Both the position numbers and the translations under genes were made by a program. A model generated the notes under the pieces. It had not been told where the DNA came from. It was given only the letters and a program-made list of their open reading frames with translations, and ran no database searches. A stretch of 64,000 bases of DNA, taken from NCBI GenBank assembly GCA_965223705.1, contig OZ245015.1, positions 96,001 through 160,000 on the forward strand, read 5' to 3'. Below, piece by piece: positions 28,798 through 38,093 of the stretch. The DNA comes from Myxococcota bacterium. GTDB taxonomy: Bacteria; Myxococcota_A; UBA9160; UBA6930. Numbering within the stretch: the first letter of the stretch is position 1; each line of letters starts with the position of its first letter.

Positions 28798-29923
28798 CAA
28801 CGGTCCCAAGCGTCTCCTCTTTGTTTGCGTCGCGGCGCTGCTCTCGGCGGTGCTGCTTGAACTCGGGGTGCGCGCCGTCTTCGCTTTGCGAGTGGGACCA
28901 TCGGTCCTGCTGTACGGAATTCGCTCGCCCCAGGCCGAGGAAGTCACGCTCAGCGTGGAAACGCCTGATTTGAAACAGGGCTCCTACACGAAATTCAAGC
29001 CGCACCAAATCCGCGTCGACCGCGCTCATGCGACGGGCGAGCTGTTCCAAGTGACCATCAACGGTCGTGGCTTCCGAGGAGAAGACCCCGTTGTTCCCAA
29101 ACCGGAAGGTGTCCTCAGGATCGTCACGCTCGGCGCATCTTCTACGTTCGGCTACCACTCTCGAGAACACGAAACGTACCCACAACAACTCGAAGATCTG
29201 CTCAACACGAACGGCGAGCGTTTCGAGGTCGTCAACCTCGGGATACCTCACTCCACCTCGAGCGATCTCGTCGCCCTCTTCAAGGCCGAGGCGCTACCCC
29301 TAGAACCGGATGTCGTCACTCTCTATTCGGGGATCAACGACATGCACGACCGCCTCAACCCCCCGGCCGTGAAAGCCCCGGTTGCGGCTCCGCCTCCCTG
29401 GTGGAGGAGCGCTCTGCGTTGGGCAAAAGAACGCGTGCTGGTCCTCAAGCTCGTCAAGGATTTCGTTTTCCCGATGGGCTACGGCGACCAAGCTCCAAGC
29501 GATGTCGAACGCCACCGCATCGGGAAGAGCGAGCAGTTCTTGCAGAACGTCTCGACCGTGCATGAGGCTTGTCGGGAACGCGGGATCCTCTTCGTCGTCG
29601 CGACCCAGCAAGCGAAATCGATGCTTCTCCGAGACGGTGAGGCGCTGAGCGGCCTCACCTACGCCGAGGAAGTCGAGGTCGTTCGCGAAAAGCTCGCGGA
29701 GCTCGGGTTGATCAGTAGCCGTGAGCGCGACCTTCTGACGCACAACCAGCTGATGAACGACTTGCGAGTCTGGGCGCGGGAAAACTCCGTTCCTCTCGTC
29801 GATGTCATCGCCGCCCTCGACGCGGAACGAGATGTGTTGCTGAGCTGGGTGCACTTGAGCCCGAGAGGAAATCGCCTGATCGCCGAAGCGTTTGCGGAGA
29901 CGCTCCGGCGAGAGCTCCCCTAA
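28778..29923 (+). CDS. SGNH/GDSL hydrolase family membrane-anchored protein
   Basis: GASST block I, NLG, GIND, VH catalytic block; N-terminal TM. Confidence 0.82.
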   Translation: MAGSRASNGPKRLLFVCVAALLSAVLLELGVRAVFALRVGPSVLLYGIRSPQAEEVTLSVETPDLKQGSYTKFKPHQIRVDRAHATGELFQVTINGRGFRGEDPVVPKPEGVLRIVTLGASSTFGYHSREHETYPQQLEDLLNTNGERFEVVNLGIPHSTSSDLVALFKAEALPLEPDVVTLYSGINDMHDRLNPPAVKAPVAAPPPWWRSALRWAKERVLVLKLVKDFVFPMGYGDQAPSDVERHRIGKSEQFLQNVSTVHEACRERGILFVVATQQAKSMLLRDGEALSGLTYAEEVEVVREKLAELGLISSRERDLLTHNQLMNDLRVWARENSVPLVDVIAALDAERDVLLSWVHLSPRGNRLIAEAFAETLRRELP

Positions 29924-29950
29924 GAGCGGTCTCCCCGAAGGGCACCCACC

Positions 29951-29976
29951 TGCGTCCCTCCGCGAGCGGCTGCGTT
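29951..29976 (+). promoter_or_regulatory. Candidate ECF sigma promoter (TGCGTCC-N15-CGTT) upstream of arsI-like gene
   Basis: Bipartite motif with CGT -10 element upstream of an operon that encodes an ECF sigma. Confidence 0.3.
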
Positions 29977-30008
29977 GACTAGGGTGAACACACTGCCAGG
30001 AGGACCCT

Positions 30009-30428
30009 ATGCGTCTACAACTCGCGTTGAACGTGACGGATCTCGAGCGATCCATTGCGTACTACAGCAAGCTCTTCGGGGCCGAGCCGCACAAACGGCG
30101 ACCGGGCTACGCCAACTTCGCCATCTCGGAGCCGCCCCTCAAACTCGTCCTCTTCGAGAACCCGAATGCCGGGGAACGTCTCAACCACCTGGGTGTCGAA
30201 GTCGCCGACGGCGACGAGCTCGCCGCCGCGGAGCGCCGCCTCGCAGAGGCCGGCCTGATCGACAAGATCGAGAACGAAACCACGTGTTGCCACGCGACGC
30301 AGGACAAAGTCTGGTCGGCCGAGCCGGACGGGCTGGCCTTCGAGTGGTACCTCATCACCGACGACGAGCCCGAAGCCGCGCTGCCGACACACCGCGGTTG
30401 CTGCGGCGCGGCACAGGCCCGGCCGTGA
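30009..30428 (+). CDS. ArsI/CadI family metalloenzyme (VOC fold)
   Basis: QLALNV, GYANF..PPLKLVL, NHLGVEV, TCCHATQDKVW, C-terminal CC. Confidence 0.9.
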   Translation: MRLQLALNVTDLERSIAYYSKLFGAEPHKRRPGYANFAISEPPLKLVLFENPNAGERLNHLGVEVADGDELAAAERRLAEAGLIDKIENETTCCHATQDKVWSAEPDGLAFEWYLITDDEPEAALPTHRGCCGAAQARP

Positions 30429-30994
30429 CCGCCGCTCCGCCCGAAGCCAAGGCGTTTCGAGATCGACTCGAGCGCCTGGTTTCGCGGCGTCTTCCGGGAT
30501 CCCCGGACGCCGAAGACATCATCCAAGATGTCTTCTTGCGGTTCATTCGGCGACCGGAAGTGCTTCCGGAAGAGGATCCGCCGATCGCTTGGCTCAAGCG
30601 AGTTGTCGCGAACGCCGTGACGGATCACTACCGCCGGCGTGCGAGCGAAGCCCGGGCGCTCGCTCAGTTCGCAGGCGAGCTCGAAGTCGGGCCTTCGGCA
30701 AGTTCCTCAGAAGAACCCGCCGAGCGGCTTCGCCGGGACCTTGCGGATTGCTTGCGGCCCATGCTCGAGCAGCTCTCCGCCGAAGATCGCGAAGCCCTCG
30801 AGCTAACAGATCTGGGGGGCCTCTCGCAGCGCGAAGCGGCCGATCGCCTCGGAATCTCGCACACTGCGATGAAATCCCGCGTACAGCGCGCGCGGAAACG
30901 ACTCCACGCTCATCTCGATGCGTGCTGCCATATCGAATTGGACGCGCGGAACGCCCCCGTCGATGCAACGCTCCGCTCGAATCGCGGCCGATAA
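30425..30994 (+). CDS. ECF RNA polymerase sigma factor, SigZ-like
   Basis: DAEDIIQDVF, WL..VVAN..DHYR, region 4 HTH KSRVQRARKRL, C-terminal CC; GTGA overlap with arsI-like gene. Confidence 0.9.
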   Translation: MTAAPPEAKAFRDRLERLVSRRLPGSPDAEDIIQDVFLRFIRRPEVLPEEDPPIAWLKRVVANAVTDHYRRRASEARALAQFAGELEVGPSASSSEEPAERLRRDLADCLRPMLEQLSAEDREALELTDLGGLSQREAADRLGISHTAMKSRVQRARKRLHAHLDACCHIELDARNAPVDATLRSNRGR

Positions 30995-31015
30995 GGCGGC
31001 TAGGCTCTCCGAGCC

Positions 31016-31453
31016 CTAAGAAGCGAGCGCTTCGACGACCCGTTGGCAAGCGTCTCGACAATCGCGGCATGCGACGTGCATCCCGGCGTGTTCGTTGCAC
31101 GCTGCGGCACAGGCTTCGCAAACGTCGGAGCACACCCGGGCCATCGCAGCCCGATGCTTCGAGTCCGTCGCGACGAGCCGGCGCATCGCCTCGCAGACGG
31201 CCGTCATCTCGTGCACCGCGGACGCGCACTGCGCCAAATTCGTTTCGCCTCGCTGAAACGATTCGAGACAGTGCGCCGTACATCGCTCACCCGTAGAGAC
31301 ACAGTTTCCGAGCGCAGTTTGCAGCGCGTCGTCGTGCGCGGAAGCATGATGGTGTTGTTCCATCGCAGCCGCGCCAACGCTCGGTAGGGCGGCGGCGGAA
31401 GCGAGAACACCCGCTCCTGCCAGCAATTTCCGACGGTTGATGGAGGGATCCAT
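31016..31453 (-). CDS. Tat-exported four-helix-bundle copper storage protein (Csp1-like)
   Basis: NRRKLL Tat signal, HHH linker, 12 Cys in CxxxC/CxxC spacing. Confidence 0.88.
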   Translation of the reverse strand: MDPSINRRKLLAGAGVLASAAALPSVGAAAMEQHHHASAHDDALQTALGNCVSTGERCTAHCLESFQRGETNLAQCASAVHEMTAVCEAMRRLVATDSKHRAAMARVCSDVCEACAAACNEHAGMHVACRDCRDACQRVVEALAS

Positions 31454-31562
31454 GCACAGCCCCTTTTCGGGTTCGAGACCTAAAAAGGGAAACTTCGGAA
31501 CGCCCGTTCGGCGACTTGACCGACGCACGCAACGCGGGCTCGTGCGTGAGCAACTCCGCCTC

Positions 31563-31985
31563 TTAGTCCGGAATCTCCGTCGGCAGACCGGCTTTCTGCC
31601 AAGCCGTATAGCCGCCTTCCACGTGCAAGACCTTGGAGACACCCGCTTCGAGAAGTGCGGCTTCACCTTTGCGCGCGCGCGGACCGACTCGGCAGTAGAC
31701 GGCGACACCGTTCGACGCGTCGATCTCGGCGATTCTCTTCCCGACTTCTCGATAGGGAATGTGGACGGCACCCGGGATGTGTCCGGCGGCGAATTCCTCT
31801 TTGCTTCGCACGTCGAGCACCAGCGGTGCGGCGTCGCCTTGGCGAAGTTCGTGGAGCTCTCGGGGGCTCACACTGGGAGCTTCCGGGCCGGCGAAGGCCA
31901 GCGCGGTAAAAAGGCTCACCGCCGCGAGCGCCGCCGCGGCGATCCCGAGCTTTGCTGAAGTGCGCTTTTTCTCTTCCGCTCGCAT
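31563..31985 (-). CDS. Rhodanese-like domain protein with signal peptide
   Basis: LDVRS.EEF..GHIPGA, YCRVGPR, GG..AW. Confidence 0.9.
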   Translation of the reverse strand: MRAEEKKRTSAKLGIAAAALAAVSLFTALAFAGPEAPSVSPRELHELRQGDAAPLVLDVRSKEEFAAGHIPGAVHIPYREVGKRIAEIDASNGVAVYCRVGPRARKGEAALLEAGVSKVLHVEGGYTAWQKAGLPTEIPD

Positions 31986-31996
31986 GGTGCCCGAGC

Positions 31997-32413
31997 TTAC
32001 CGAAATTCAGCGCCGTCGAGTTGAATCTCGACGAGGGTCCCGGTGAAAGACGGCGCAGTGGGTCGGAGGCGCTGAAACACCTCTCGGCGAAGCTCGGGGT
32101 CATCTTCGACCGCGCGAGCGTGACCCATCAGTTCTTCGCCCTGCACGAGGAGCGTTACCCGACCGCCGCCTTCCCGAAGCTCGCGCCACCAAGGGAAATC
32201 CGCTCCCGCGTAAACCGTCGCTTCGTCGCGCAAGTAGTTGACGGGGAGTGTCTTCCCCGAAGGCAGCGTCAGGAGCATGACTTTCTTCGCCCGTTCGCCG
32301 GTGGGATCCTCGCGCAACTCTCTCATGACGCCGGTGTTGCCCATGCGCATGACCACGACCCCGCCCACCACGAGTACCGCGACAACCACCAAGGCCCATC
32401 CGAGGAATCTCAT
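31997..32413 (-). CDS. Membrane-anchored Ddn/nitroreductase-like split beta-barrel protein
   Basis: N-terminal TM; LLTL.SGK..PVNY......WWREL...V.IQL pattern. Confidence 0.65.
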   Translation of the reverse strand: MRFLGWALVVVAVLVVGGVVVMRMGNTGVMRELREDPTGERAKKVMLLTLPSGKTLPVNYLRDEATVYAGADFPWWRELREGGGRVTLLVQGEELMGHARAVEDDPELRREVFQRLRPTAPSFTGTLVEIQLDGAEFR

Positions 32414-32459
32414 ACACCGATCATAGCGAGCCCCTCGCCGTCGCTATTCTCACGCGCGA

Positions 32460-32918
32460 ATGATCGAGATCTTTGTCGACGCCGACGCGTGCCCCGTGAA
32501 GGACGAGATCTACGTCGTTGCTACGCGCTACGGGCTCCCCGTATCCCTCGTCGCAAACGCGCGCATGCACGTCCCGGATGGCTTCGGAGTGGAGATGGTC
32601 GTTGTCGACCAAGGCCCCGACGCCGCGGACGACTGGATCGTCGAGAATGTCCGGCGGGGCGACATCGTCGTGACCGCGGACATTCCATTGGCGGCGCGCT
32701 GTATCGAAGTCGGTGCTCACGCGCTCGGAAGCAATGGTCGGGTGTTCGACGAAGACTCCATCGGCGGACTCGTGGCGACGCGGAACCTGAAGGAACACCT
32801 GCGCGAAACGGGTGTCTCCGCGGGTGGGCCCGCGCCGCTGTCAAGCCGCGATCGATCTCGATTCGCGTCGAAGCTCGACGAAATCGCTCAACGGGCCCTG
32901 CGCGAACAGGGAGCCTAA
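32460..32918 (+). CDS. YaiI/YqxD family protein
   Basis: IFVDADACPVK, DAADDWI, VTADIPLA. Confidence 0.93.
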   Translation: MIEIFVDADACPVKDEIYVVATRYGLPVSLVANARMHVPDGFGVEMVVVDQGPDAADDWIVENVRRGDIVVTADIPLAARCIEVGAHALGSNGRVFDEDSIGGLVATRNLKEHLRETGVSAGGPAPLSSRDRSRFASKLDEIAQRALREQGA

Positions 32919-32926
32919 GCTCCTTC

Positions 32927-33244
32927 TCAGGAGCCCTGCTTCTCTCGCTTTTGCTTCCAGCGTTCACGCATGCGTTCGTGCGCTGCGGTCCACTCCTCTT
33001 GCGAAATGGCGCCGCTTCCGTCGCTGTCGATACCGGCGAATCGCTCTTCGGATGCCGCCATCCATTCTTCCTTGCTGACGTTCCCGTCGCCGTTGGCATC
33101 TCGTTTTTCGAACATGTGCTTGCCGTGCTTTTTGTGGTGATGGCCTTCGCCTTTTTCGTGGTGCCCGGCCCAACCCGGCGATACGGCGAACGCAAGCGCA
33201 ACGAGACCTCCGGCGAACACCCATGCAAATCGACTGCGTGACAT
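32927..33244 (-). CDS. Secreted EF-hand domain protein
   Basis: Signal peptide, His-rich linker, two EF-hands DANGDGNVSKEE and DSDGSGAISQEE. Confidence 0.88.
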   Translation of the reverse strand: MSRSRFAWVFAGGLVALAFAVSPGWAGHHEKGEGHHHKKHGKHMFEKRDANGDGNVSKEEWMAASEERFAGIDSDGSGAISQEEWTAAHERMRERWKQKREKQGS

Positions 33245-33292
33245 CCGATACCTCTCTTAAAGTGGGAATGCGGCTCCCCAGGTAACGCTTGA

Positions 33293-33317
33293 GACGTCGC
33301 CCGAAGCGACAATGTTC
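33293..33317 (-). promoter_or_regulatory. Candidate ECF promoter GAAC-N17-CGTC upstream of the EF-hand gene
   Basis: Minus strand reads TGAACATTGTCGCTTCGGGCGACGTCT. Confidence 0.4.
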
Positions 33318-33326
33318 AACCTTTTC

Positions 33327-34412
33327 CTAGCGACCGCCGGCGGCGATGATCTCGCAATCTTCGCGGCGACAACGCTCGAGAGCGCCTCGCTTCGCCTCTT
33401 TCGCACTGCGCCGGGCCGAACGCCACCCGAAGTGACCGCTCTTCCGCGACAGCGCGAAAGCCTTGTGGCCGGGGGCTTCGTGATACCGGCGCCAGTGCAG
33501 GCGTCCGTTCGCGGACAAGCGACCGGGAGGGGAGGGCCATGTCGATCGGCGTTCGGGAGGCGTCGACCAGGTCGGCAGACCGACTTCTCGAAGAAAGACA
33601 TCGACGCCGACGCGCCACAAGTCGATCCCGGCCCGACTCGTGAGCCGATGTCCGTCCGGGTGAAGCTCGGGAAGTCGGAGCATCTGCGCTTCCCCGCCCG
33701 ACGCGGTAAACGCTTGAAAAAACCGCGTGGCCAGGCGGGGCCCGAACAGCGCGTCATTGCGCGCGTACGCCCACAGTGTGGGGATTCGACTCGACGCTCC
33801 GTAGTCGGAGAAAGCGGCGACCAGGCGATCTTCCGAACAAACCGATCCGTCAGCGAGAGAACCCCGACCTCCGGCCAGATTGATGACGGCGCGAACGCCG
33901 GCTGGGCGCGTTGCCGCAAGAGCCAATCCTCCGAAACCTCCCGCGGATTGGCCGACGACGATCACGCGATCGCGATCGACGCGAGGATCGGCGGCGAGCG
34001 CATCGAGTGCGGCACGCATATCGGCCGCCGTGGCGTCGCCGCCGCGCTTGTAGTTCCCGACGCTGCAGCCCCCGTAACCCTCGGACCAGCGCCCGGTCGA
34101 TTCGCCGTAGCCCCGACGCATCACGATCGCCGCGAAGTAGCCACGTTCCGCGAATTCTCGAGCCACGTGCTCGAGCTGCATCGGCGTCATCGCGCGCCGG
34201 CGCGCTGCGCGTCGCGGCGAGCCGTGCATGACGAGTGCCAGTGGGAAAGGGCCTGCTCCCTCGGGCGAAACCGTCTGAGTTTCCAAGGAATTCGCTCGAC
34301 CGTCGATCGAGACGGAAAGCATTCGGAAGCCCGTCTGCAGTGCGGGTGCCGGAACGCCTGGGATCGCGATCCCGGCGCTCAACGCGAGGATCGCCAACTT
34401 CCGTGACGCCAT
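33327..34412 (-). CDS. Secreted dienelactone hydrolase-like alpha/beta hydrolase
   Basis: HGSP, RRGYGES, GQSAGG elbow, ND, DGH. Confidence 0.85.
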   Translation of the reverse strand: MASRKLAILALSAGIAIPGVPAPALQTGFRMLSVSIDGRANSLETQTVSPEGAGPFPLALVMHGSPRRAARRRAMTPMQLEHVAREFAERGYFAAIVMRRGYGESTGRWSEGYGGCSVGNYKRGGDATAADMRAALDALAADPRVDRDRVIVVGQSAGGFGGLALAATRPAGVRAVINLAGGRGSLADGSVCSEDRLVAAFSDYGASSRIPTLWAYARNDALFGPRLATRFFQAFTASGGEAQMLRLPELHPDGHRLTSRAGIDLWRVGVDVFLREVGLPTWSTPPERRSTWPSPPGRLSANGRLHWRRYHEAPGHKAFALSRKSGHFGWRSARRSAKEAKRGALERCRREDCEIIAAGGR

Positions 34413-34466
34413 AGAGGTGACAGGCTAGCGTCGAGACTCGCTCCTTCACATCGTCGGGAGTACGCC

Positions 34467-35336
34467 ATGAAGTTCGGGCTCCGCTACTGCAACACCGGTC
34501 CCTTCGTCGATCCGAAACGCGCGGTCGAACTGCTCCAAGCAGCGGAAGAGGCGGGCTTCGATTCGGCGTGGACTGTCGAGCACACGGTGGTGCCCGCGGG
34601 CTATGCGTCGGCGTACCCCTATTCCGAAGACGGTAAGATGGCCGGCGGGCGGCTCGACATTCCGTTGCCCGACCCCATCGTCTGGATGTCCTACGTCGCT
34701 GCCCACACTGAGCGCATTCGGCTGGCGACCGGGATTTTGATCCTTCCTCAGCACAACCCGGTCATCGTCGCGAAACAAGTCGCCACCCTCGACGCGATGT
34801 CGAACGGACGTGTCATTTTGGGAATTGGTGTCGGCTGGCTGCGTGAGGAATTTGAAGCGATTGGAACCGACTTCGAAAGCCGTGCGGCACGAACCGATGA
34901 ATACATCGAAGCGATGCGGGCTCTGTGGCGACAAGATGCCCCTTCTTACAAGGGGAAGTTCGTCCAGTTCGACGGGGCGTACTGCCGCCCGCAACCGGTC
35001 CGAGGTTCGGTACCGATCGTGATCGGCGGGCACAGCCGGGCGGCAGCGCGACGCGCGGGGCGCTTGGGCGACGGCTTCTTTCCCGCTCGCGGTCTCAAGG
35101 CGGAGCTTCTCGATCTTGTGAAGCAGACTGCGGAAGCCTCCGGTCGCGACCCGGCCGGTGTCGAAATCACGGCGAGCCTTCCGGAAGATCTCGACGATCT
35201 GCCGAAGCTCGCAGCTCTCGGCGTGTCGCGCATCGTCGTTCCAGTGACGCCCGTCACCGGGCTGAAAGCCCCGGTGAGTGGCCCTGAAGACGCCCTCGCC
35301 TGGCGGGGCCGAATCGAGTCCTTCCGCGAAACCTAA
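34467..35336 (+). CDS. LLM class (probably F420-dependent) oxidoreductase
   Basis: GFDSAWTVEH, AKQVATLD..SNGR..LGIGVGW, IGGHS. Confidence 0.92.
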   Translation: MKFGLRYCNTGPFVDPKRAVELLQAAEEAGFDSAWTVEHTVVPAGYASAYPYSEDGKMAGGRLDIPLPDPIVWMSYVAAHTERIRLATGILILPQHNPVIVAKQVATLDAMSNGRVILGIGVGWLREEFEAIGTDFESRAARTDEYIEAMRALWRQDAPSYKGKFVQFDGAYCRPQPVRGSVPIVIGGHSRAAARRAGRLGDGFFPARGLKAELLDLVKQTAEASGRDPAGVEITASLPEDLDDLPKLAALGVSRIVVPVTPVTGLKAPVSGPEDALAWRGRIESFRET

Positions 35337-35358
35337 GCCTTGAGCACGGTGGACCGCT

Positions 35359-35757
35359 CTACGCGGTGTGCTTCTTCGCGCTCTGCTCTTGCAGGTGGAA
35401 CCAGAGCATCAAACCCGGATAGATCAACAAAACCCAGGCCCCGGGCACGTCGACGGAAAGCTTGGCCACACCGACGCGCCCGAGCACAAGGACAGCGGCC
35501 GCAGCGGCGACGCCGCAGACCGCGACGAGCATCTGAATCGCCGGATAAGGCGCCAACGTCTCGCGGCGATGCCAGAGCCACCAGCCGATGACGTTCGGCG
35601 CGAGCCCGAGCCCTAAGACGGCGAGACCGCTGGGCACGGAATGGCGGGCCGCGACGAGCCCGCCCATGAGAACGAGCCAGAGGGTGGCGCCGATCTGTGC
35701 GCCAAACCAACCACCTAGATTCCACTGGAATGCGCCCGGGCCGATTTTCGGTTCCAT
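35359..35757 (-). CDS. Hypothetical membrane protein
   Basis: FQWNLGGWFG motif; four TM helices. Confidence 0.65.
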   Translation of the reverse strand: MEPKIGPGAFQWNLGGWFGAQIGATLWLVLMGGLVAARHSVPSGLAVLGLGLAPNVIGWWLWHRRETLAPYPAIQMLVAVCGVAAAAAVLVLGRVGVAKLSVDVPGAWVLLIYPGLMLWFHLQEQSAKKHTA

Positions 35758-35806
35758 ACCCAGCGGATCGGGGGGCCGGCGCGGGAGCTTGACCCCGAAG
35801 AGAGGC

Positions 35807-36328
35807 CTAGCTCTTGACCTGCATCTGACCCAGGAAATCGAGCTTCCCGATCTTCGTGCCCTTCATGCGCAGAATGTCGTATGTGGTCGTTGCGTGAAAG
35901 AAGAAGTTCGGGAGCGAGAACGAGCGAATAAACCCCTCGGCGGTGAAGGGGACCTTGAGCTTCCCCGCCTCGAACATCATGTCTTTCCCTTCGAGCGCGT
36001 TGATCTCTTCCGGCGAGAACTTTCCGAGGGACTCGATCGCTTCCTTGATGAGGCCGTGCAGACCGTCGTAATCGAGCTCTGGGCGAGCGGCAGGCGGGCC
36101 GAAGACGCCGGCTTGAATGCCGCGAATCGCGCCCAGGGAATGGTGAGCGGTCGAAATCATCTGGAAGCGGAGCGGCAACATGTCTTCCGTCAAACGTGTT
36201 TCGACGAGCTCTGCCAAATCGAGTCCGGAGGACAGCGCGTGTTCCTTCCCCTTGTCGAGAACCGCTGACGTCGACGCGAGAATCTGTTGATAGGTGCCGA
36301 CGCTCAAGTCGAACAGGGAAATAGCCAT
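35807..36328 (-). CDS. DUF1993 domain protein
   Basis: RL..DMLPL.FQ, LPNFFFHATTTYDILR..G..IGKLDF. Confidence 0.92.
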   Translation of the reverse strand: MAISLFDLSVGTYQQILASTSAVLDKGKEHALSSGLDLAELVETRLTEDMLPLRFQMISTAHHSLGAIRGIQAGVFGPPAARPELDYDGLHGLIKEAIESLGKFSPEEINALEGKDMMFEAGKLKVPFTAEGFIRSFSLPNFFFHATTTYDILRMKGTKIGKLDFLGQMQVKS

Positions 36329-36434
36329 GATTCCGTTCCTTTCTGTGTGATTCGGTCCGGATTCTATACCAATGCAACCCTGCGGGCGGGCGCTGGGAGT
36401 CGCGGTACCTTAGGAGCCTAAAAGGAGATCCCCG

Positions 36435-37511
36435 ATGAAATTCAGCGTCACCGTTCCCACCAAGATCGACGATTGGTCACTCGCGAAAACGGCCGAAGAC
36501 TTGGGTTTTGATGCGATCTGGGTCCCCGATTCCCAAATGATCTGGTCCGACTGCTACGCGACGATGGCACTCATGGCGCAGGCGACGTCGCGGATCCAGA
36601 TCGGCACCGGCGTGGCGATCCCGGGCACCCGTATCGCTCCGGTGACAGCCCACTCGATCGCCTCGATCAACCGCCTTGCGCCGGGCCGCACCTTTCTCGG
36701 TATCGGGACCGGCCACACGGCGATGCGCGTAATGGGCATGAACCCGATGCCGCTCAAAGAATTCGCCGAGTACCTTCGGGTGGTTCGCACGCTGCTCGCG
36801 GGAGAGGAAGTCGACTACACGTTCCGCGGTGTGACGAAGAGCATCCAGTTCCTCCATCAGGATATGGGCTTCCGCAACACCGACGACTTCATTCCGATCA
36901 TCGTCGCCGCGAACGGACCGAAAGCGCTCCAGATCGCCGGCCGGTACGGGGATGGCTTGATTTCCGCCGGAGCGGAGAACCCCGATCTCGTGTCGTACAA
37001 CATGGGCATGGTGAAGCAGGGAGCCGAGGCTGCCGGACGCAGCCTGAACGGCAACTACCACACGGCGTCGCTGAGTAACGCCGTAGTGCTCCGCCCCGGC
37101 GAGAAGCTGACCGATGACCGCGTGATCGACGCGTGCGGCTCTTTCGTCGTCGCGCTCATTCACTTCGTGTACGAGATCTACGAGTACACGAACAACGAAG
37201 AGATGATCCCGGAGGCGATGCACGGCATCTGGGAGGAATACCGGGACTACGTCGACAAGATGGAGATGCCGAAGGAAAAGCGTTTTCGGCAGATCCACAA
37301 CGGTCACTGCACGTTCCATCCGCCGGCCGAGCGGCGCTTCATCACTCCGGAACTCATCGAGTCGACGAATCTGGTCGGCAGCCCGGCCGAGATCGCCGAA
37401 AAGGTTCGCAAGGCGGAAGCGGCGGGCCTGAAGGAGATCAGCCTGCTGCCGCCGATGGCCGTTTTCCGCGAGTCGATGAACGACTTCACCGAAGTGATGA
37501 AGGTGCTCTAG
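36435..37511 (+). CDS. LLM class flavin/F420-dependent oxidoreductase (Mer-like)
   Basis: GFDAIWVPDS, IQIGTGV, APGR..LGIGTG, AANGPK. Confidence 0.92.
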   Translation: MKFSVTVPTKIDDWSLAKTAEDLGFDAIWVPDSQMIWSDCYATMALMAQATSRIQIGTGVAIPGTRIAPVTAHSIASINRLAPGRTFLGIGTGHTAMRVMGMNPMPLKEFAEYLRVVRTLLAGEEVDYTFRGVTKSIQFLHQDMGFRNTDDFIPIIVAANGPKALQIAGRYGDGLISAGAENPDLVSYNMGMVKQGAEAAGRSLNGNYHTASLSNAVVLRPGEKLTDDRVIDACGSFVVALIHFVYEIYEYTNNEEMIPEAMHGIWEEYRDYVDKMEMPKEKRFRQIHNGHCTFHPPAERRFITPELIESTNLVGSPAEIAEKVRKAEAAGLKEISLLPPMAVFRESMNDFTEVMKVL

Positions 37512-37604
37512 GTAGACGGCTGATCGCGGCATTCCGGTCCGGGTCACGCCGGCGTAACTTTATCTCGCGGCGCTTCGTAGAGTCGATGTACTCGAAAGGA
37601 GCCC

Positions 37605-38084
37605 GTGATGATTCGACCCGTTTTCGCGATCTGCGCCTTACTCTTCTTCGCCTCGCTTCCGAGTTCTGCCGAGAACCCAGAACCGGCTTCCGCCCGCGGT
37701 CACTACGCCTTGGAAGACGGGTTGGCGATTGAGGGCTACGACCCGGTCGCGTACTTCAGGCAAGGCAAAGCCACGCCGGGCAAGGCGGCCATCGCAACCG
37801 AGTTCGAAGGTGTTACGTACCGCTTCTCCAGCAAGGAGAACCTCGAGGCCTTCGAAGCGGAACCCGATCGATATCGGCCGGCTTACGGGGGATGGTGCGC
37901 CTGGGCGATGGTCGATGGTGGGAAAACGGCGCCGGACCCCGAGAACTTCATTGTCTCGGACGGTCGACTCTTCCTCTTCTTCAAGAACTTCTTTGTCGAC
38001 ACGAAAACCAAATGGGAAGACGGCGATCCCGTTGCGCTCGAGCGGAAAGCGGACACAGCGTGGCGTGCTCTCATCGGCGCCTAA
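37605..38084 (+). CDS. Secreted YHS domain protein (Cys form)
   Basis: GYDPVAYF, YRFSS.ENL..F, PAYGGWCAW. Confidence 0.9.
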   Translation: MMIRPVFAICALLFFASLPSSAENPEPASARGHYALEDGLAIEGYDPVAYFRQGKATPGKAAIATEFEGVTYRFSSKENLEAFEAEPDRYRPAYGGWCAWAMVDGGKTAPDPENFIVSDGRLFLFFKNFFVDTKTKWEDGDPVALERKADTAWRALIGA

Positions 38085-38093
38085 CACAGACGC

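Noticed and set aside
31563..31985. Exported rhodanese as a selenoprotein
   Set aside because: The active-site codon is Cys and the ORF is uninterrupted.
37605..38084. YHS-domain protein as a third selenoprotein
   Set aside because: The family has Sec members, but this copy has TGC (GGWCAW) and no obvious downstream hairpin.
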